Assembly (NCBI GenBank): GCA_027320695.1
Contig: DAHVKW010000001.1
Location: forward strand, 10,993-74,992
From: Actinomycetota bacterium
Lineage (GTDB): Bacteria > Actinomycetota > Acidimicrobiia > Acidimicrobiales > Acidimicrobiaceae
DNA length: 64,000 bases
Direction: 5' to 3'
The translations under genes were made by a program, and so were the position numbers. Positions 20,522 through 30,279 of the stretch are shown piece after piece; position 1 is the stretch's first letter, and every line of letters starts with the position of its first letter. The notes under the pieces were generated by a model, which searched no databases, was not told where the DNA came from, and saw nothing but the letters and a program-made list of their open reading frames with translations.

Positions 20522-21223
20522 ATGGCCAGCGCATTAATTCTCGCCAAGCCTGAGCATGAAGAGGATCCGCCTTTTCATCACAGTTCTTATCAAAGCACTG
20601 CTTTGCGGGGTCCTAATAAAGCTCCATTAATTCTCAGGCCAGGCAGAACCGAAAATCATGGGGCGGTATTCGGGGAAGACAGGATTCGTCCAAATGATGA
20701 TGATCTCACAAGGCAGCACCAAGGGGATCCCCTTGGTGAAAAGATAGTTGTGTCCGGGAGACTTCTGGGCTCGGACGGACGGCCGATACGAAATCAACTT
20801 GTCGAGATATGGCAGGCAAATGCTTCGGGTCGTTACGCGCATTCGCTCGACGACCATCCTGCACCGCTCGATCCAAACTTTACCGGCGGCGGCAGAACGT
20901 TAACCGACAATGAGGGCCGTTATCGATTTGTCACTATCAAGCCCGCTGCATACCCCTGGGGCAACCATCCCAATGCCTGGAGGCCAGCACATATTCATTT
21001 TTCGCTATTTGGCACTGCCTTCACTCAGCGTCTAATCACTCAGATGTATTTTCCAGGCGACCCCCTGATTGACGATGATCCGATTGCCAATTCGATTCGC
21101 GACAAGCGCGTGCTTGCCCGCCTTATCTCGGCGTTTGATTGGGATTTAACTATTCCAGGCACGGCACTCGGATATCGCTGGGACATAATTTTGGGTGGAT
21201 CCAACCCGACTCCGGAGGCGTGA
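20522..21223 (+). CDS. pcaH: protocatechuate 3,4-dioxygenase beta subunit
   Basis: VEIWQANASGRYAH...WRPAHIHFSLFG is the intradiol dioxygenase signature. Confidence 0.9.
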   Translation: MASALILAKPEHEEDPPFHHSSYQSTALRGPNKAPLILRPGRTENHGAVFGEDRIRPNDDDLTRQHQGDPLGEKIVVSGRLLGSDGRPIRNQLVEIWQANASGRYAHSLDDHPAPLDPNFTGGGRTLTDNEGRYRFVTIKPAAYPWGNHPNAWRPAHIHFSLFGTAFTQRLITQMYFPGDPLIDDDPIANSIRDKRVLARLISAFDWDLTIPGTALGYRWDIILGGSNPTPEA

Positions 21224-21789
21224 TGAATACTCAAAGCGGGCCCACCCCATCTCAAACAATCGGCCCATTTTTTAAATTTGGAACAGAGTGGTTAGCTGAC
21301 GAGCACATTGCTTCCGAGGATATCGAAGGTGCCATATTTCTCACCGGGGCTGTCTATGACGGCGCCGGCAATCCGGTTCCTGACGCCATGCTGGAAATCT
21401 GGCAGGCCGATGAAAATGGGAACTTCCCCCCTGACACTCTGGATTCCTGGACTGGGTTTGCAAGGAGACTCACAGATGCGAATGGCGAATACGCGATTCG
21501 CTCAGTTAAGCCCGGAGCGGTCGCTTCGGCGTCCGGGGAGCTCCAAGCACCCCATATTGCCATGGTTGTATTTGCCCGCGGACTTCTCAAGCCAGTTTTT
21601 ACGAGAGTCTATTTTGACGACGAGAGCGAAGCGAATGCCGACGATCCCTTGCTTAACGCATTAGAAGACTCAGATGCGCGTTCTAGCCTGCTCGCCAAGG
21701 GAGACGGCAACCGCAGTTACAGATTCGATGTCCGGCTCCAAGACTCCTTCAGGGGCCAAGAGACCCAGTTCTTTGCTTTTGAAAATTAG
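21223..21789 (+). CDS. pcaG: protocatechuate 3,4-dioxygenase alpha subunit
   Basis: ORF 21139..21789. The ATG at 21223 overlaps the pcaH stop (TGATG). TPSQTIGPFF and LEIWQADENG match PcaG. Confidence 0.88.
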   Translation: MNTQSGPTPSQTIGPFFKFGTEWLADEHIASEDIEGAIFLTGAVYDGAGNPVPDAMLEIWQADENGNFPPDTLDSWTGFARRLTDANGEYAIRSVKPGAVASASGELQAPHIAMVVFARGLLKPVFTRVYFDDESEANADDPLLNALEDSDARSSLLAKGDGNRSYRFDVRLQDSFRGQETQFFAFEN

Positions 21790-21821
21790 ATAAAGCCATT
21801 CTCGGGGGATTGAAATAATAG

Positions 21822-23198
21822 ATGCAAGGATCAGAGGGGTTATTTGAGCCTATTTTTGCGACTGATGAGATTGCGCCTATTCTTTCTCCGCAAAACTGGG
21901 TTCAGAAGATGGTCGATGTGGAATGCGCTCTGGCCGCCGCGGAGGCGGAATGCGGAGTTATTCCAGCGGCGGCCGCAGAGGCGATAGCCCGGCTAAGGGC
22001 AGATCACGGAATTGACCCAACTGAACTTGGCAGGGAGTCGCGAAGCGGCGGCACGCCGGTCATTTCACTGGTGCGAATTCTTACCGACAAGCTCCCGGAG
22101 TCAGCCCGTCCGTGGATCCACTATGGATCCACAAGCCAAGATATCCTTGACAGCGCGACAATGCTGGTAGCCAGGGAAGCGATTCCGGTGGTTTACTCAG
22201 ATTTGGTGCAGGTCGTGTCGCTGCTAGCGTCGTTAGCGGATCGGTATCGCTATACGCCAATGGTGGCCCGGACTCTCCAGCAGCACGCGCTGCCCACTAC
22301 CTTTGGCCTAAAGGCAGCCAGTTGGCTTGGAGGAGTGGTGTCCGCTTCCGCGCCATTAGAACGGATGTTCAATGACGAATTGGCCGTGCAGTTTGGCGGC
22401 GCCGGAGGAACCTTGGCTGCGCTGGGCGGCGATGGATTGCTGGTTGGCGAGAAGCTTGCATCCAATCTTGGCCTTAAATTTCCCTTGATGCCCTGGCACG
22501 CGCAGAGGGTGAGAGTTGCGGAGCTTGGATCGGCGTTCTCACTAATCGTTGGCGCATTGGCGAAGCTGGCCGGAGACATTGTCCTGGGCAATCAGGCGGA
22601 AGTTGGTGAGTTCTCAGAGTCTGGAGGCTCTGGCGGGGGCTCATCAGCTTTACCGCAAAAGGCGAATCCAGTTGGGGCGATCATAGTCAATTCCTGTTTC
22701 CGCAGGGCAATGGGACTGCTGCCGGTTCTCTATGGTTGCCTTTTGGCCGAGAATGAGCGTGGCGCTGGTGAGTGGCAGGCGGAGTGGCAGCCGCTCAGGG
22801 ATTTAATTTCCATCACTGCAACTGCCGCCAATAGGAGTGCGATCAGCCTAGCCAATCTGGAGATCGACGAATCGAAGATGCTGCGTAACCTCGAGTTGAG
22901 TCGTGGAAATGTAATGTCAGAAAGAATCCTGTTGGGACTGACTAGAAGTCTGGGACGGACCGTCGCTCACAACTTGGTTCGCGAAGCTACTATGCGCAGC
23001 AGCGCAAATCAAACGCCCCTTCTTACCGAGCTTCGCAAGGAAGCGGCGTTCCGGCAAAGCTTCACCGAAGATGAGGCGCTGGCGCTGTTTGATCCAATTT
23101 CCTACCTTGGTTCAGCTCAGAGCTTCATAGATGGAGCCTTGGCGCAGGCGCAAAGCGTGTTGCCAAGATGGCAAGCGATCGCGGATCGCCATAATTAA
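21822..23198 (+). CDS. pcaB: 3-carboxy-cis,cis-muconate cycloisomerase
   Basis: Fumarate-lyase superfamily with the GSSALPQKANP signature. It follows pcaHG. Confidence 0.85.
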   Translation: MQGSEGLFEPIFATDEIAPILSPQNWVQKMVDVECALAAAEAECGVIPAAAAEAIARLRADHGIDPTELGRESRSGGTPVISLVRILTDKLPESARPWIHYGSTSQDILDSATMLVAREAIPVVYSDLVQVVSLLASLADRYRYTPMVARTLQQHALPTTFGLKAASWLGGVVSASAPLERMFNDELAVQFGGAGGTLAALGGDGLLVGEKLASNLGLKFPLMPWHAQRVRVAELGSAFSLIVGALAKLAGDIVLGNQAEVGEFSESGGSGGGSSALPQKANPVGAIIVNSCFRRAMGLLPVLYGCLLAENERGAGEWQAEWQPLRDLISITATAANRSAISLANLEIDESKMLRNLELSRGNVMSERILLGLTRSLGRTVAHNLVREATMRSSANQTPLLTELRKEAAFRQSFTEDEALALFDPISYLGSAQSFIDGALAQAQSVLPRWQAIADRHN

Positions 23199-23211
23199 AG
23201 TTGAGGAATCG

Positions 23212-24375
23212 ATGGAGCTCATGCAGGTAGAAGTAAACGCAGCGAGATTCCGGGTCCGAATTGACGGACCAGAAGGGTCTCCCTGGTTGCTATTGCTGAA
23301 TTCGCTTGGCACCACGTATGAGATGTGGGATGAACAGATACCCCTCCTCTCGGGCCATTTCCGGATTATACGCTATGATCAGCGGGGACACGGCGGGAGT
23401 ACAGCACCGCCTGGACCTTACTCTATCGACGAGCTAGGCAGAGACGCTTTGGGGATACTTGATGCGGTCGGCGCCGCTAGAGCCTCGTTGTGCGGATTGT
23501 CGCTTGGCGGGACGATATCAATGTGGCTGGCGGCAAACGCTCCCGATCGTATTGAGAAAATGGTCATCTCCTGCACATCCGCCAACTATGCTCCGCCTGA
23601 ATTTTGGATTGAACGCGCGTCTGTGGTGAGATCAAATGGTACCTCCGGGCTATACGACAGCCTTCTAGAACGCTGGTTTACCGGACAAATCGACGCTCGG
23701 AATCCTGGAGCCAAAGCTTTAGTCGCCTCGATGCTAAGTTCTTGCGATCCCCAAGGCTATGCAAGCGTATGCGAGGTCTTGGCAAGCGCTGACTTGCGGG
23801 CGGAACTGCCGAGCATTAGTGTTCCAACCCTCGTCATTGCCGCATCGTTTGATCGAGCAACTCCTCCGGCGACGGCGCTTTCCATTTGCGAAGCAATACC
23901 CGGTTCATCGCTCGTGGTAATACCTGACGCTTCCCACTTGGCGAATCTCGAGCAGCCCGATTTCTTCGTGGATGCCGTTATGGAACATTTGGTTGGCTCT
24001 CCCAGGGCCCGAGGAATGACGGTTCGAACCCAGGTGTTGGGAAGCGATTACGTTGCTGGCGCAAATGCCCGGAAGACTGATTTTACTGCTCCATTTCAGG
24101 ATTTCATATCTAGGTATGCCTGGGGAGAGGTTTGGACAAGACCAGGTCTGGATCGCCGCTCAAGGAGCATGATAACGCTCGCCATTCTGGTTTCGCTGGG
24201 TCATTTCAACGAGTTCTCCTTCCACGTCCCCGCTGCTCTCAGAAATGGATTGACGAGGGAAGAGATCTCAGAGGTGTTGATACAGTGCGCGGTGTACGCT
24301 GGGGTACCGGCCGCGAACTCAGCATTTGCCAAAGCCAACGAAATATTACAGTCACTTGATCAAAGTGCCGGATAA
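23212..24375 (+). CDS. pcaL: fused 3-oxoadipate enol-lactonase / 4-carboxymuconolactone decarboxylase (PcaL type)
   Basis: ORF 23131..24375; the ATG at 23212 follows the pcaB stop. The N-terminal half is an alpha/beta hydrolase (CGLSLGG). The C-terminal half is a CMD domain (YAWGEVWTRPGLDRRSRSMITLA...CAVYAGVPAA). Confidence 0.85.
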   Translation: MELMQVEVNAARFRVRIDGPEGSPWLLLLNSLGTTYEMWDEQIPLLSGHFRIIRYDQRGHGGSTAPPGPYSIDELGRDALGILDAVGAARASLCGLSLGGTISMWLAANAPDRIEKMVISCTSANYAPPEFWIERASVVRSNGTSGLYDSLLERWFTGQIDARNPGAKALVASMLSSCDPQGYASVCEVLASADLRAELPSISVPTLVIAASFDRATPPATALSICEAIPGSSLVVIPDASHLANLEQPDFFVDAVMEHLVGSPRARGMTVRTQVLGSDYVAGANARKTDFTAPFQDFISRYAWGEVWTRPGLDRRSRSMITLAILVSLGHFNEFSFHVPAALRNGLTREEISEVLIQCAVYAGVPAANSAFAKANEILQSLDQSAG

Positions 24376-24393
24376 CGCGAGGGAGTTCAAAAA

Positions 24394-25140
24394 ATGACCA
24401 ACGAGGCGGTATTGAAGTTTCGCGCCGAGCGGGAAAAGATCGCACTGGCGTGCCGCATTATGGCCATGGAAGGTATCGTCGAAGCGACACTCGGCCATAT
24501 ATCAATGAGGGTCGGCGAGAATTTGATGCTGATCCGCAGCCGAGGGCCAGAGGATTGCGGCCTGTTCTTTGCAACTCCCGAAGAGATCTGTCTTTTTGAC
24601 TTTTCAGGCAATCCCAAGGAAGCAGACCGAGGATTTTCAAAGCCCGTGGAGCTCCCGCTGCACGGCGAAACGCTGCGAAATAGGCCTGAAGCGAATGTGG
24701 TGCTACATGCGCACCCTCCTGCCGTCCTTCTGGCAGCACTGTCGGACCTTGATTTGCGGCCGAGCTTCGGTGCGTTTAACATACCAGCCGCCCTGCTGGC
24801 CGCAGATGGAATACCAGTGTTTCCGCGATCGGTGCTGATCTTGAACACCGAGGTTGCGCTGGACATGCTGGATTCGCTCGGGAGTCATAAGGCTTGCGTG
24901 CTAAAAGGTCACGGGATCACTGTGATCGGAGACAGCGTGGAGCAGACGCTTCTTCGAGCGTTGAATCTGAACACGATAGCCAAGGTAGCGCTGGAAGTTG
25001 CACAGGCCGGCGGCGAAATTGCTGGCATACCCGACCAAGACCTAGACATGCTCCCGGACCTTGGAGGGAACTTCAACGACATTGGCGGATGGCGGTACTA
25101 CTTGGCGAAACTGCGTCGCGCCGGATTTGATAAGTGGTAG
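24394..25140 (+). CDS. class II aldolase/adducin family protein, copy A
   Basis: 248 aa. GHISMRV...ELPLHGE...HAHPPA are the class II aldolase metal-site motifs. It starts 18 nt after pcaL. Confidence 0.8.
   Translation: MTNEAVLKFRAEREKIALACRIMAMEGIVEATLGHISMRVGENLMLIRSRGPEDCGLFFATPEEICLFDFSGNPKEADRGFSKPVELPLHGETLRNRPEANVVLHAHPPAVLLAALSDLDLRPSFGAFNIPAALLAADGIPVFPRSVLILNTEVALDMLDSLGSHKACVLKGHGITVIGDSVEQTLLRALNLNTIAKVALEVAQAGGEIAGIPDQDLDMLPDLGGNFNDIGGWRYYLAKLRRAGFDKW
24493..24701. repeat. 209-bp near-identical tract, copy 1, shared with 25316..25524
   Basis: Hand alignment gives 3 mismatches (24504, 24549, 24689; each a in copy 1 and t in copy 2). The flanking gene sequence is clearly diverged. 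Confidence 0.9.
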
Positions 25141-25213
25141 GCGACGCTTACCGAATGGATTTTCAACTACAACTCCTATAGCAAACGAATGTTAGCTTAG
25201 AAAGGCATACCAG

Positions 25214-25957
25214 ATGAGTTCTGAAGGTTCGGGTTTGGAGCTTTATGATGAGCGGAGCCGGATTGCAACCGCTTGCAGAATCATGGCCATGGAAGGAATC
25301 GTGGAAGGGACTTTAGGCCATATATCTATGAGGGTCGGCGAGAATTTGATGCTGATCCGCAGCCGAGGGCCTGAGGATTGCGGCCTGTTCTTTGCAACTC
25401 CCGAAGAGATCTGTCTTTTTGACTTTTCAGGCAATCCCAAGGAAGCAGACCGAGGATTTTCAAAGCCCGTGGAGCTCCCGCTGCACGGCGAAACGCTGCG
25501 AAATAGGCCTGTAGCGAATGTGGTTGTTCATGCCCATCCACCAGCCGTGCTGGCCGCCACGCTAGCCAACCTTGACCTCGTTCCCGCATTCGGATCGTTC
25601 AACATTCCTGCGAATCAGCTTGCTTTTGAAGGCATACCGGTATATCCCCGATCGATTTTGATCTCGACAAAGGAGATCGCGGACGAAATGCTCGCCACCA
25701 TGGGAGACCATAGGGCGTGCATATTGAAGGGCCATGGAATTACGGTTACCGGCCATTCATTGGAGTCCGCTCTGCTCAGCGCGCTCAATGTCAATACGCT
25801 TGCTCAGGTTGCTTTGGAGATTGCAAAAACCGGTTCAAGGGCGGTGCCAATTCCCGAAGAAGACCAGGCGATGGTGCCCAGGGTCAGCAAATTTAGCCCC
25901 GATGCCGGATGGAGATTTTACGAGGCAAAACTTCGCCGCTACGGCTTCGACAAATAG
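25214..25957 (+). CDS. class II aldolase/adducin family protein, copy B
   Basis: 247-aa paralogue of copy A with the same motifs. Confidence 0.8.
   Translation: MSSEGSGLELYDERSRIATACRIMAMEGIVEGTLGHISMRVGENLMLIRSRGPEDCGLFFATPEEICLFDFSGNPKEADRGFSKPVELPLHGETLRNRPVANVVVHAHPPAVLAATLANLDLVPAFGSFNIPANQLAFEGIPVYPRSILISTKEIADEMLATMGDHRACILKGHGITVTGHSLESALLSALNVNTLAQVALEIAKTGSRAVPIPEEDQAMVPRVSKFSPDAGWRFYEAKLRRYGFDK
25316..25524. repeat. 209-bp near-identical tract, copy 2, shared with 24493..24701
   Basis: Same alignment as copy 1, at an offset of 823 bp. Confidence 0.9.
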
Positions 25958-25982
25958 GCGAGATAATAGTCCGCAGTTGGAG

Positions 25983-27149
25983 TCACGACCTTGGGGAGCG
26001 GCGGGATGCAGGTGTTAACACGTCCCTAGCTGCCAACACAGGTAATCCCAGTACCCCGCCTACGAGAAATAAGGCTCCCGTCATTCCTAGGGTGTTGAGC
26101 AACATTGCCGTAAAGAAAGGTGCGATCAGCAACGCCCCGGCCCGGAAGCTCCCTGCAACGGCGATTGCGTCGCCCTTGTGCTGCTGAGAGACTCCATGTG
26201 CAGCCAGGACAGGTCCCAGCGTCTGCAAGAGACCCGCGCCAATTCCTCCGATAGCCAAAAGCACCACGGTAATTATCACCGACCGGGCGGTAACGCCTAC
26301 CAAGGCCGTGCCGGCTGCCGCCCCAACTACCCCCAACGCGAAAACTTTTACCGGCGAGCGCTTATTAAGGAATCCTGTTATCCCTGCGCCGGCAACACTC
26401 GCGGAATTTGCAATTGCCACCATCAGACCGACCATGAAGTAGCTCTCTCCGACTGACTTCAAAACAACTGGAACGTATGAGTTCAATATTCCCCGCCAAG
26501 ATCCTGCGGTCAGGCCAGCCCATGAGCCGAGTCTTACTTCACGCTGGTTCCAAATGTCGCGGGTCATTTTTGGGCCTTCTTTGGAAAATGGAGGCTCTTT
26601 TCTCAGTGTCATTGCTGGAATCGCTGCCAGAACTGCAACGAATCCAGCGCAATAAAAAGCTGTCGAGAGTGAGTAGCGTGCCAAAAAGCCCGCCAGGAGA
26701 GGCCCGACGAGAAGGCCGGCGCTCGAGAGGAAGTTCACCGCAGCCATTCGGCCCACCGACGGGCCGTCTTGGCGAACCACATGTGTGGAGGCAGCGGTCC
26801 AAAACACCCCTCGTGCAAGCCCTTGAATCAATTCGGATATTACGAAGACAACAACGAAGGCCGACCAAGCCACGAGAAATCCTGAGATTGCCATGCCAAT
26901 ACAAGCGCAGGCGACTAGCAGTTTGTCACTAACGTAGCGCATCGCTTTAGCGGATGCCATCCTGGATACCAGCTGGGTCACCGCTGACAGAGCGGTGAGT
27001 ATGCCAATATCAGGTTTCGAATACCCGGCAGCTAGGGCCAGCAGTGGGAGCAATACCGCCTGTATTCCCATTGACAAGGAATAGACGAGGGCGGTTAACG
27101 ACAGAACGTTGTTGTCTCTAAGTACCGGGGATGAGGCCTTCCCTACCAC
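25983..27149 (-). CDS. MFS transporter
   Basis: 388 aa, about 12 TM segments, Gly/Ala-rich helices typical of MFS. Confidence 0.8.
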   Translation of the reverse strand: MVGKASSPVLRDNNVLSLTALVYSLSMGIQAVLLPLLALAAGYSKPDIGILTALSAVTQLVSRMASAKAMRYVSDKLLVACACIGMAISGFLVAWSAFVVVFVISELIQGLARGVFWTAASTHVVRQDGPSVGRMAAVNFLSSAGLLVGPLLAGFLARYSLSTAFYCAGFVAVLAAIPAMTLRKEPPFSKEGPKMTRDIWNQREVRLGSWAGLTAGSWRGILNSYVPVVLKSVGESYFMVGLMVAIANSASVAGAGITGFLNKRSPVKVFALGVVGAAAGTALVGVTARSVIITVVLLAIGGIGAGLLQTLGPVLAAHGVSQQHKGDAIAVAGSFRAGALLIAPFFTAMLLNTLGMTGALFLVGGVLGLPVLAARDVLTPASRRSPRS

Positions 27150-27728
27150 TGTTGCTCAATTTCACACATTATCAACCATCTAACTGTTCGGAGCAAATTG
27201 CAATTTACGGGATGTTCGGCATATCCCGCCCAGAAATGAAGTGCAAGAATAAATCTACAACACCTTCGTCCGGGCAGGCCAGGTGCTGCGCGTCGCTGTC
27301 GAAAGCGTGCAGAACCCCCCAGCAGATGCTGGGAGCATCGGGACGAATTGATCGCCTCGGCCTATTACGCCACCTTGACAAACTGACGGTATCGAGGCGA
27401 CATCTTCCTTTCTTAGTTCTTGATGTGACAATCTCAAATTCCTTTTTCATTCATCCCCCATTTGCACAAAGGAGTACATCGTTCTCAGTGCATCGCCTGA
27501 ATGCGAAGCTCAACTCGCAAGGTAACAAGCACCATTGCATCTCTCCTTGTATCTTTGCCTCATTTAATTTGCTTAGAACTTTGTTGGACTCTTCAATCCC
27601 GCGAGTCCGCTATTACCGTCGGCCGGATCATTTTCGCCGCCCCAGCCAGACTTGAGCTGACATATTGCGAATCCAGTGCGCGTGGCTGCCTCGGCGGGTA
27701 GGGCCTCCGTGGCGACATCGTTGGGAAA

Positions 27729-29516
27729 TCAATTCGCCGAGACTCCGTAAATCTCTTCCGCACGCTGAGGCGAAAGGAGACCGTCATCCAGGTCTGCCAG
27801 AACGGCATCTCTGTCGCGTAGTTCCGCAGGCCCAAAACCGCCGCCGCCCATTCCCCTTACGTAAACCACGTCGCCGCCTCTGATTTTCAAGCCCAAAGCT
27901 GACGGCTGCTGCGCTAGAAGTTCTTCGGCACCATTCAGCTCCTCGTACAACGGGACCTCGCTATGCAATCGCTGCAAAATGTCGGTGCCCCTTTTAATGA
28001 CAATCCTGGATGGCGTGCCATCTTCGCCGCCACCAAAGCCGTTGGCGCCAACGTCGCGGCCGATATAAAAGCTGAGATCACTTGCGCTATCGACTCCGTA
28101 AAGGCACCGCGACCAGTAGCCCGCTCTGCCGCCTCTAAACTGGCCCGCGCCCTCCGAATCTGCAAGCAGTCCTCTGGATAGGTAAAGCACCGGGTAACGA
28201 TATTCGTATGATTCGATGGACGGAAGTGCAGTGTTGGTCGAGCCCGCTATATTCGATACATCTATACCGTCTCCATTGGACCGCGCCCCTCCCCCATGCA
28301 TTGAAGCATCTCCCCGAACTGTGTACCATCTGCCAAGCTGATCAGTTCCCGACCATTGAACGTCGGTGAATCCCCAGCCCCACTGCGCCATTGCGTAGCC
28401 CTGTCTAGGGGTGTTCATCAGGGCCTGTGTCAGCAGAGCCATGGTGATACCCTGGACACGCCACCCACTGATTGTCGACGCCCCGGAACAAGGCGCGGGA
28501 GGTTTGCAGTTTATTACAGTGCCACTTGGTATACGGACATCCACCAGTTTGAAGGTACCGGCGTTAACCGTCAGATCCGGAAATATTTGGCAAGCAAGGA
28601 TATTGTGAAGATTGGCTACTGCACATGGCAGCGCGCAGTTAATAAATGTCTTGGCCTCGTCGTCGGTGCCTTCGAAATCAAATAGCAGTCTTTCTTCGCT
28701 TACCGTTAGCCTGGCTCTAATGGTGTATGTCTTGTCGTAGTCAAGATATTCGACCGCTTCATAGACGCCGGGACGCAAGCTCGAAATTCGTTCGCGAGCC
28801 TGTTCTTCGGCAAGCTGAATGCTGCTTTCGAAGGTCTGAGCCAAAGCTAGGGTGCCGTATCGTTCAGCTAAAACCAGAATCTTTTCCGCGGCCGCGAAAT
28901 TAGCAGAGATCTGGGCTTTCAAATCGAGCGACTGGTATCGCGGCATTCTCACATTGTCAAGGAATAGGTTGAATATGTCATCTCGAATCTTTCCATTTTC
29001 GACGATTCGAGTAGGTTTGAAGATGATTCCTTCCTGATGCCAGTCGGTCGCAAGCGGAGCCCGCCCCGGTGTCATGGCTCCGACGTCGACATGATGCGTT
29101 GCGTTGCCCACCCACGCCACCAGTTCCCCGTTATGGTGGATCGGCATCATTACGGCCAAGTCAAGAATATGCAGCGCACCTGAATGGGGGTCGTTGACTA
29201 AATACATGTCACCGGGACGGATGTCGTCGTCGAATCGGTTCATGCAGCTTTGCAGCATGTAAGAGAGGGTGGTGCCATGCCTAGGCATCCAGGTGGAGTA
29301 CACGACTGTGCGCCCCTGTGCATCGGAGATATTGAACCCGAGATCACGTCCTTCAACCACGCCCGGACTGACTGCGCAGCGCTGCAGTACCAGTCCACCC
29401 TCGTAACCGATCTGCAAAAGTCGATTCGATATGATCTCTGTGAGAATCGGATCGGTTCTCATCTGCTCATTGGCTCCTGTTTCAGTAGTCGACAAAGTTT
29501 CTTCAACGAACTTCAT
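27729..29516 (-). CDS. hydantoinase B / oxoprolinase family protein
   Basis: 595 aa. DPILTEIISNRLLQI...GDMYLVNDPHSGALHILD is the HyuB family signature. No HyuA partner gene lies adjacent. Confidence 0.85.
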   Translation of the reverse strand: MKFVEETLSTTETGANEQMRTDPILTEIISNRLLQIGYEGGLVLQRCAVSPGVVEGRDLGFNISDAQGRTVVYSTWMPRHGTTLSYMLQSCMNRFDDDIRPGDMYLVNDPHSGALHILDLAVMMPIHHNGELVAWVGNATHHVDVGAMTPGRAPLATDWHQEGIIFKPTRIVENGKIRDDIFNLFLDNVRMPRYQSLDLKAQISANFAAAEKILVLAERYGTLALAQTFESSIQLAEEQARERISSLRPGVYEAVEYLDYDKTYTIRARLTVSEERLLFDFEGTDDEAKTFINCALPCAVANLHNILACQIFPDLTVNAGTFKLVDVRIPSGTVINCKPPAPCSGASTISGWRVQGITMALLTQALMNTPRQGYAMAQWGWGFTDVQWSGTDQLGRWYTVRGDASMHGGGARSNGDGIDVSNIAGSTNTALPSIESYEYRYPVLYLSRGLLADSEGAGQFRGGRAGYWSRCLYGVDSASDLSFYIGRDVGANGFGGGEDGTPSRIVIKRGTDILQRLHSEVPLYEELNGAEELLAQQPSALGLKIRGGDVVYVRGMGGGGFGPAELRDRDAVLADLDDGLLSPQRAEEIYGVSAN

Positions 29517-30182
29517 TCCTCATAGGTTCCTCGCGCAAAATAATTAAAACTAAAAGCCATCAACGACGCTTATGTGGCCAGCTCCATAGAGCGGATTTAA
29601 AAACAGCCCGTTGTGAATTGCAGCTTGGTGAGGCCGCGGGCACAATTCAAATTGGAACCGCTTTTTCGCCAAGGTCTGCGGGTGGGAAATGCGAGCAAGT
29701 TCAATCACAGTTTTTGATAAAAATGTGATGTCGGATTATCACTGAGCTGTCACCTGTGCACGCCATACTCAGCTAAGTTTCCGGCTGGTCAACTCCTCAT
29801 TCATTTTCCCAACAAGAAGCGTAGCGGTGGACTGATGGTTAGTCAATAATCTGCCGGTAATTCGAACTGTGTGCGCACGAGGTTTTCGTGCCAGTTTCAT
29901 TGGGTCGTATCAGCCATAATTGTGGCGTTGCGTTGCGTTTCCGGGCCTAATTTGCGCGGACAAGCTCGCGCGCCGTACGAAGACCTCAGCCTCAATCGGC
30001 CTGACTCGCAGCGTGATATGAACGAAACCGCAGCGTGATTTATTGTTTCGAGTTTCAAATTTTGGGATTAAACGTGATAAGTTTTTATTTATAGATTATC
30101 GGACTATACGTAATAATTTATCGGCCTAAACGTAGGTGAACAGCGGGCTGTTTTAGGCTTATTGGAGGCGAAGTATTATCCG

Positions 30183-30202
30183 GTTCGAGTGGATTTTGTC
30201 AA
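30183..30202 (+). promoter_or_regulatory. shared upstream box GTTCGAGTGGATTTTGTCAA, copy 1, upstream of the GntR gene
   Basis: Nearly the same box recurs at 31902..31923, upstream of the bicupin gene. Confidence 0.35.
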
Positions 30203-30206
30203 GAGG

Positions 30207-30225
30207 ATACGTGCGAAGCACATAT
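30207..30225. promoter_or_regulatory. imperfect inverted repeat ATACGTGC-GAA-GCACATAT, candidate GntR autoregulatory operator
   Basis: 8-3-8 inverted repeat with one mismatch and a GT..AC core. It lies 55 nt upstream of the GntR start. Confidence 0.3.
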
Positions 30226-30279
30226 TTAGTGTCGCATGCAACTAAGGTATCTGAAATGCATGCGCAGAAGGACCGATAG

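Noticed and set aside
23131-23211. N-terminal extension of the pcaL ORF overlapping pcaB
   Set aside because: The extension is Arg/Lys/Cys-rich and overlaps the pcaB 3-prime end. The ATG at 23212, just after the pcaB stop, gives a normal enol-lactonase N-terminus.
27131-27655. 174-aa plus-strand ORF between the MFS and hyuB genes
   Set aside because: It is Ser/Arg/Cys/Leu-rich low-complexity sequence with no SD and no recognisable motif. It lies in what is most simply the MFS promoter region.
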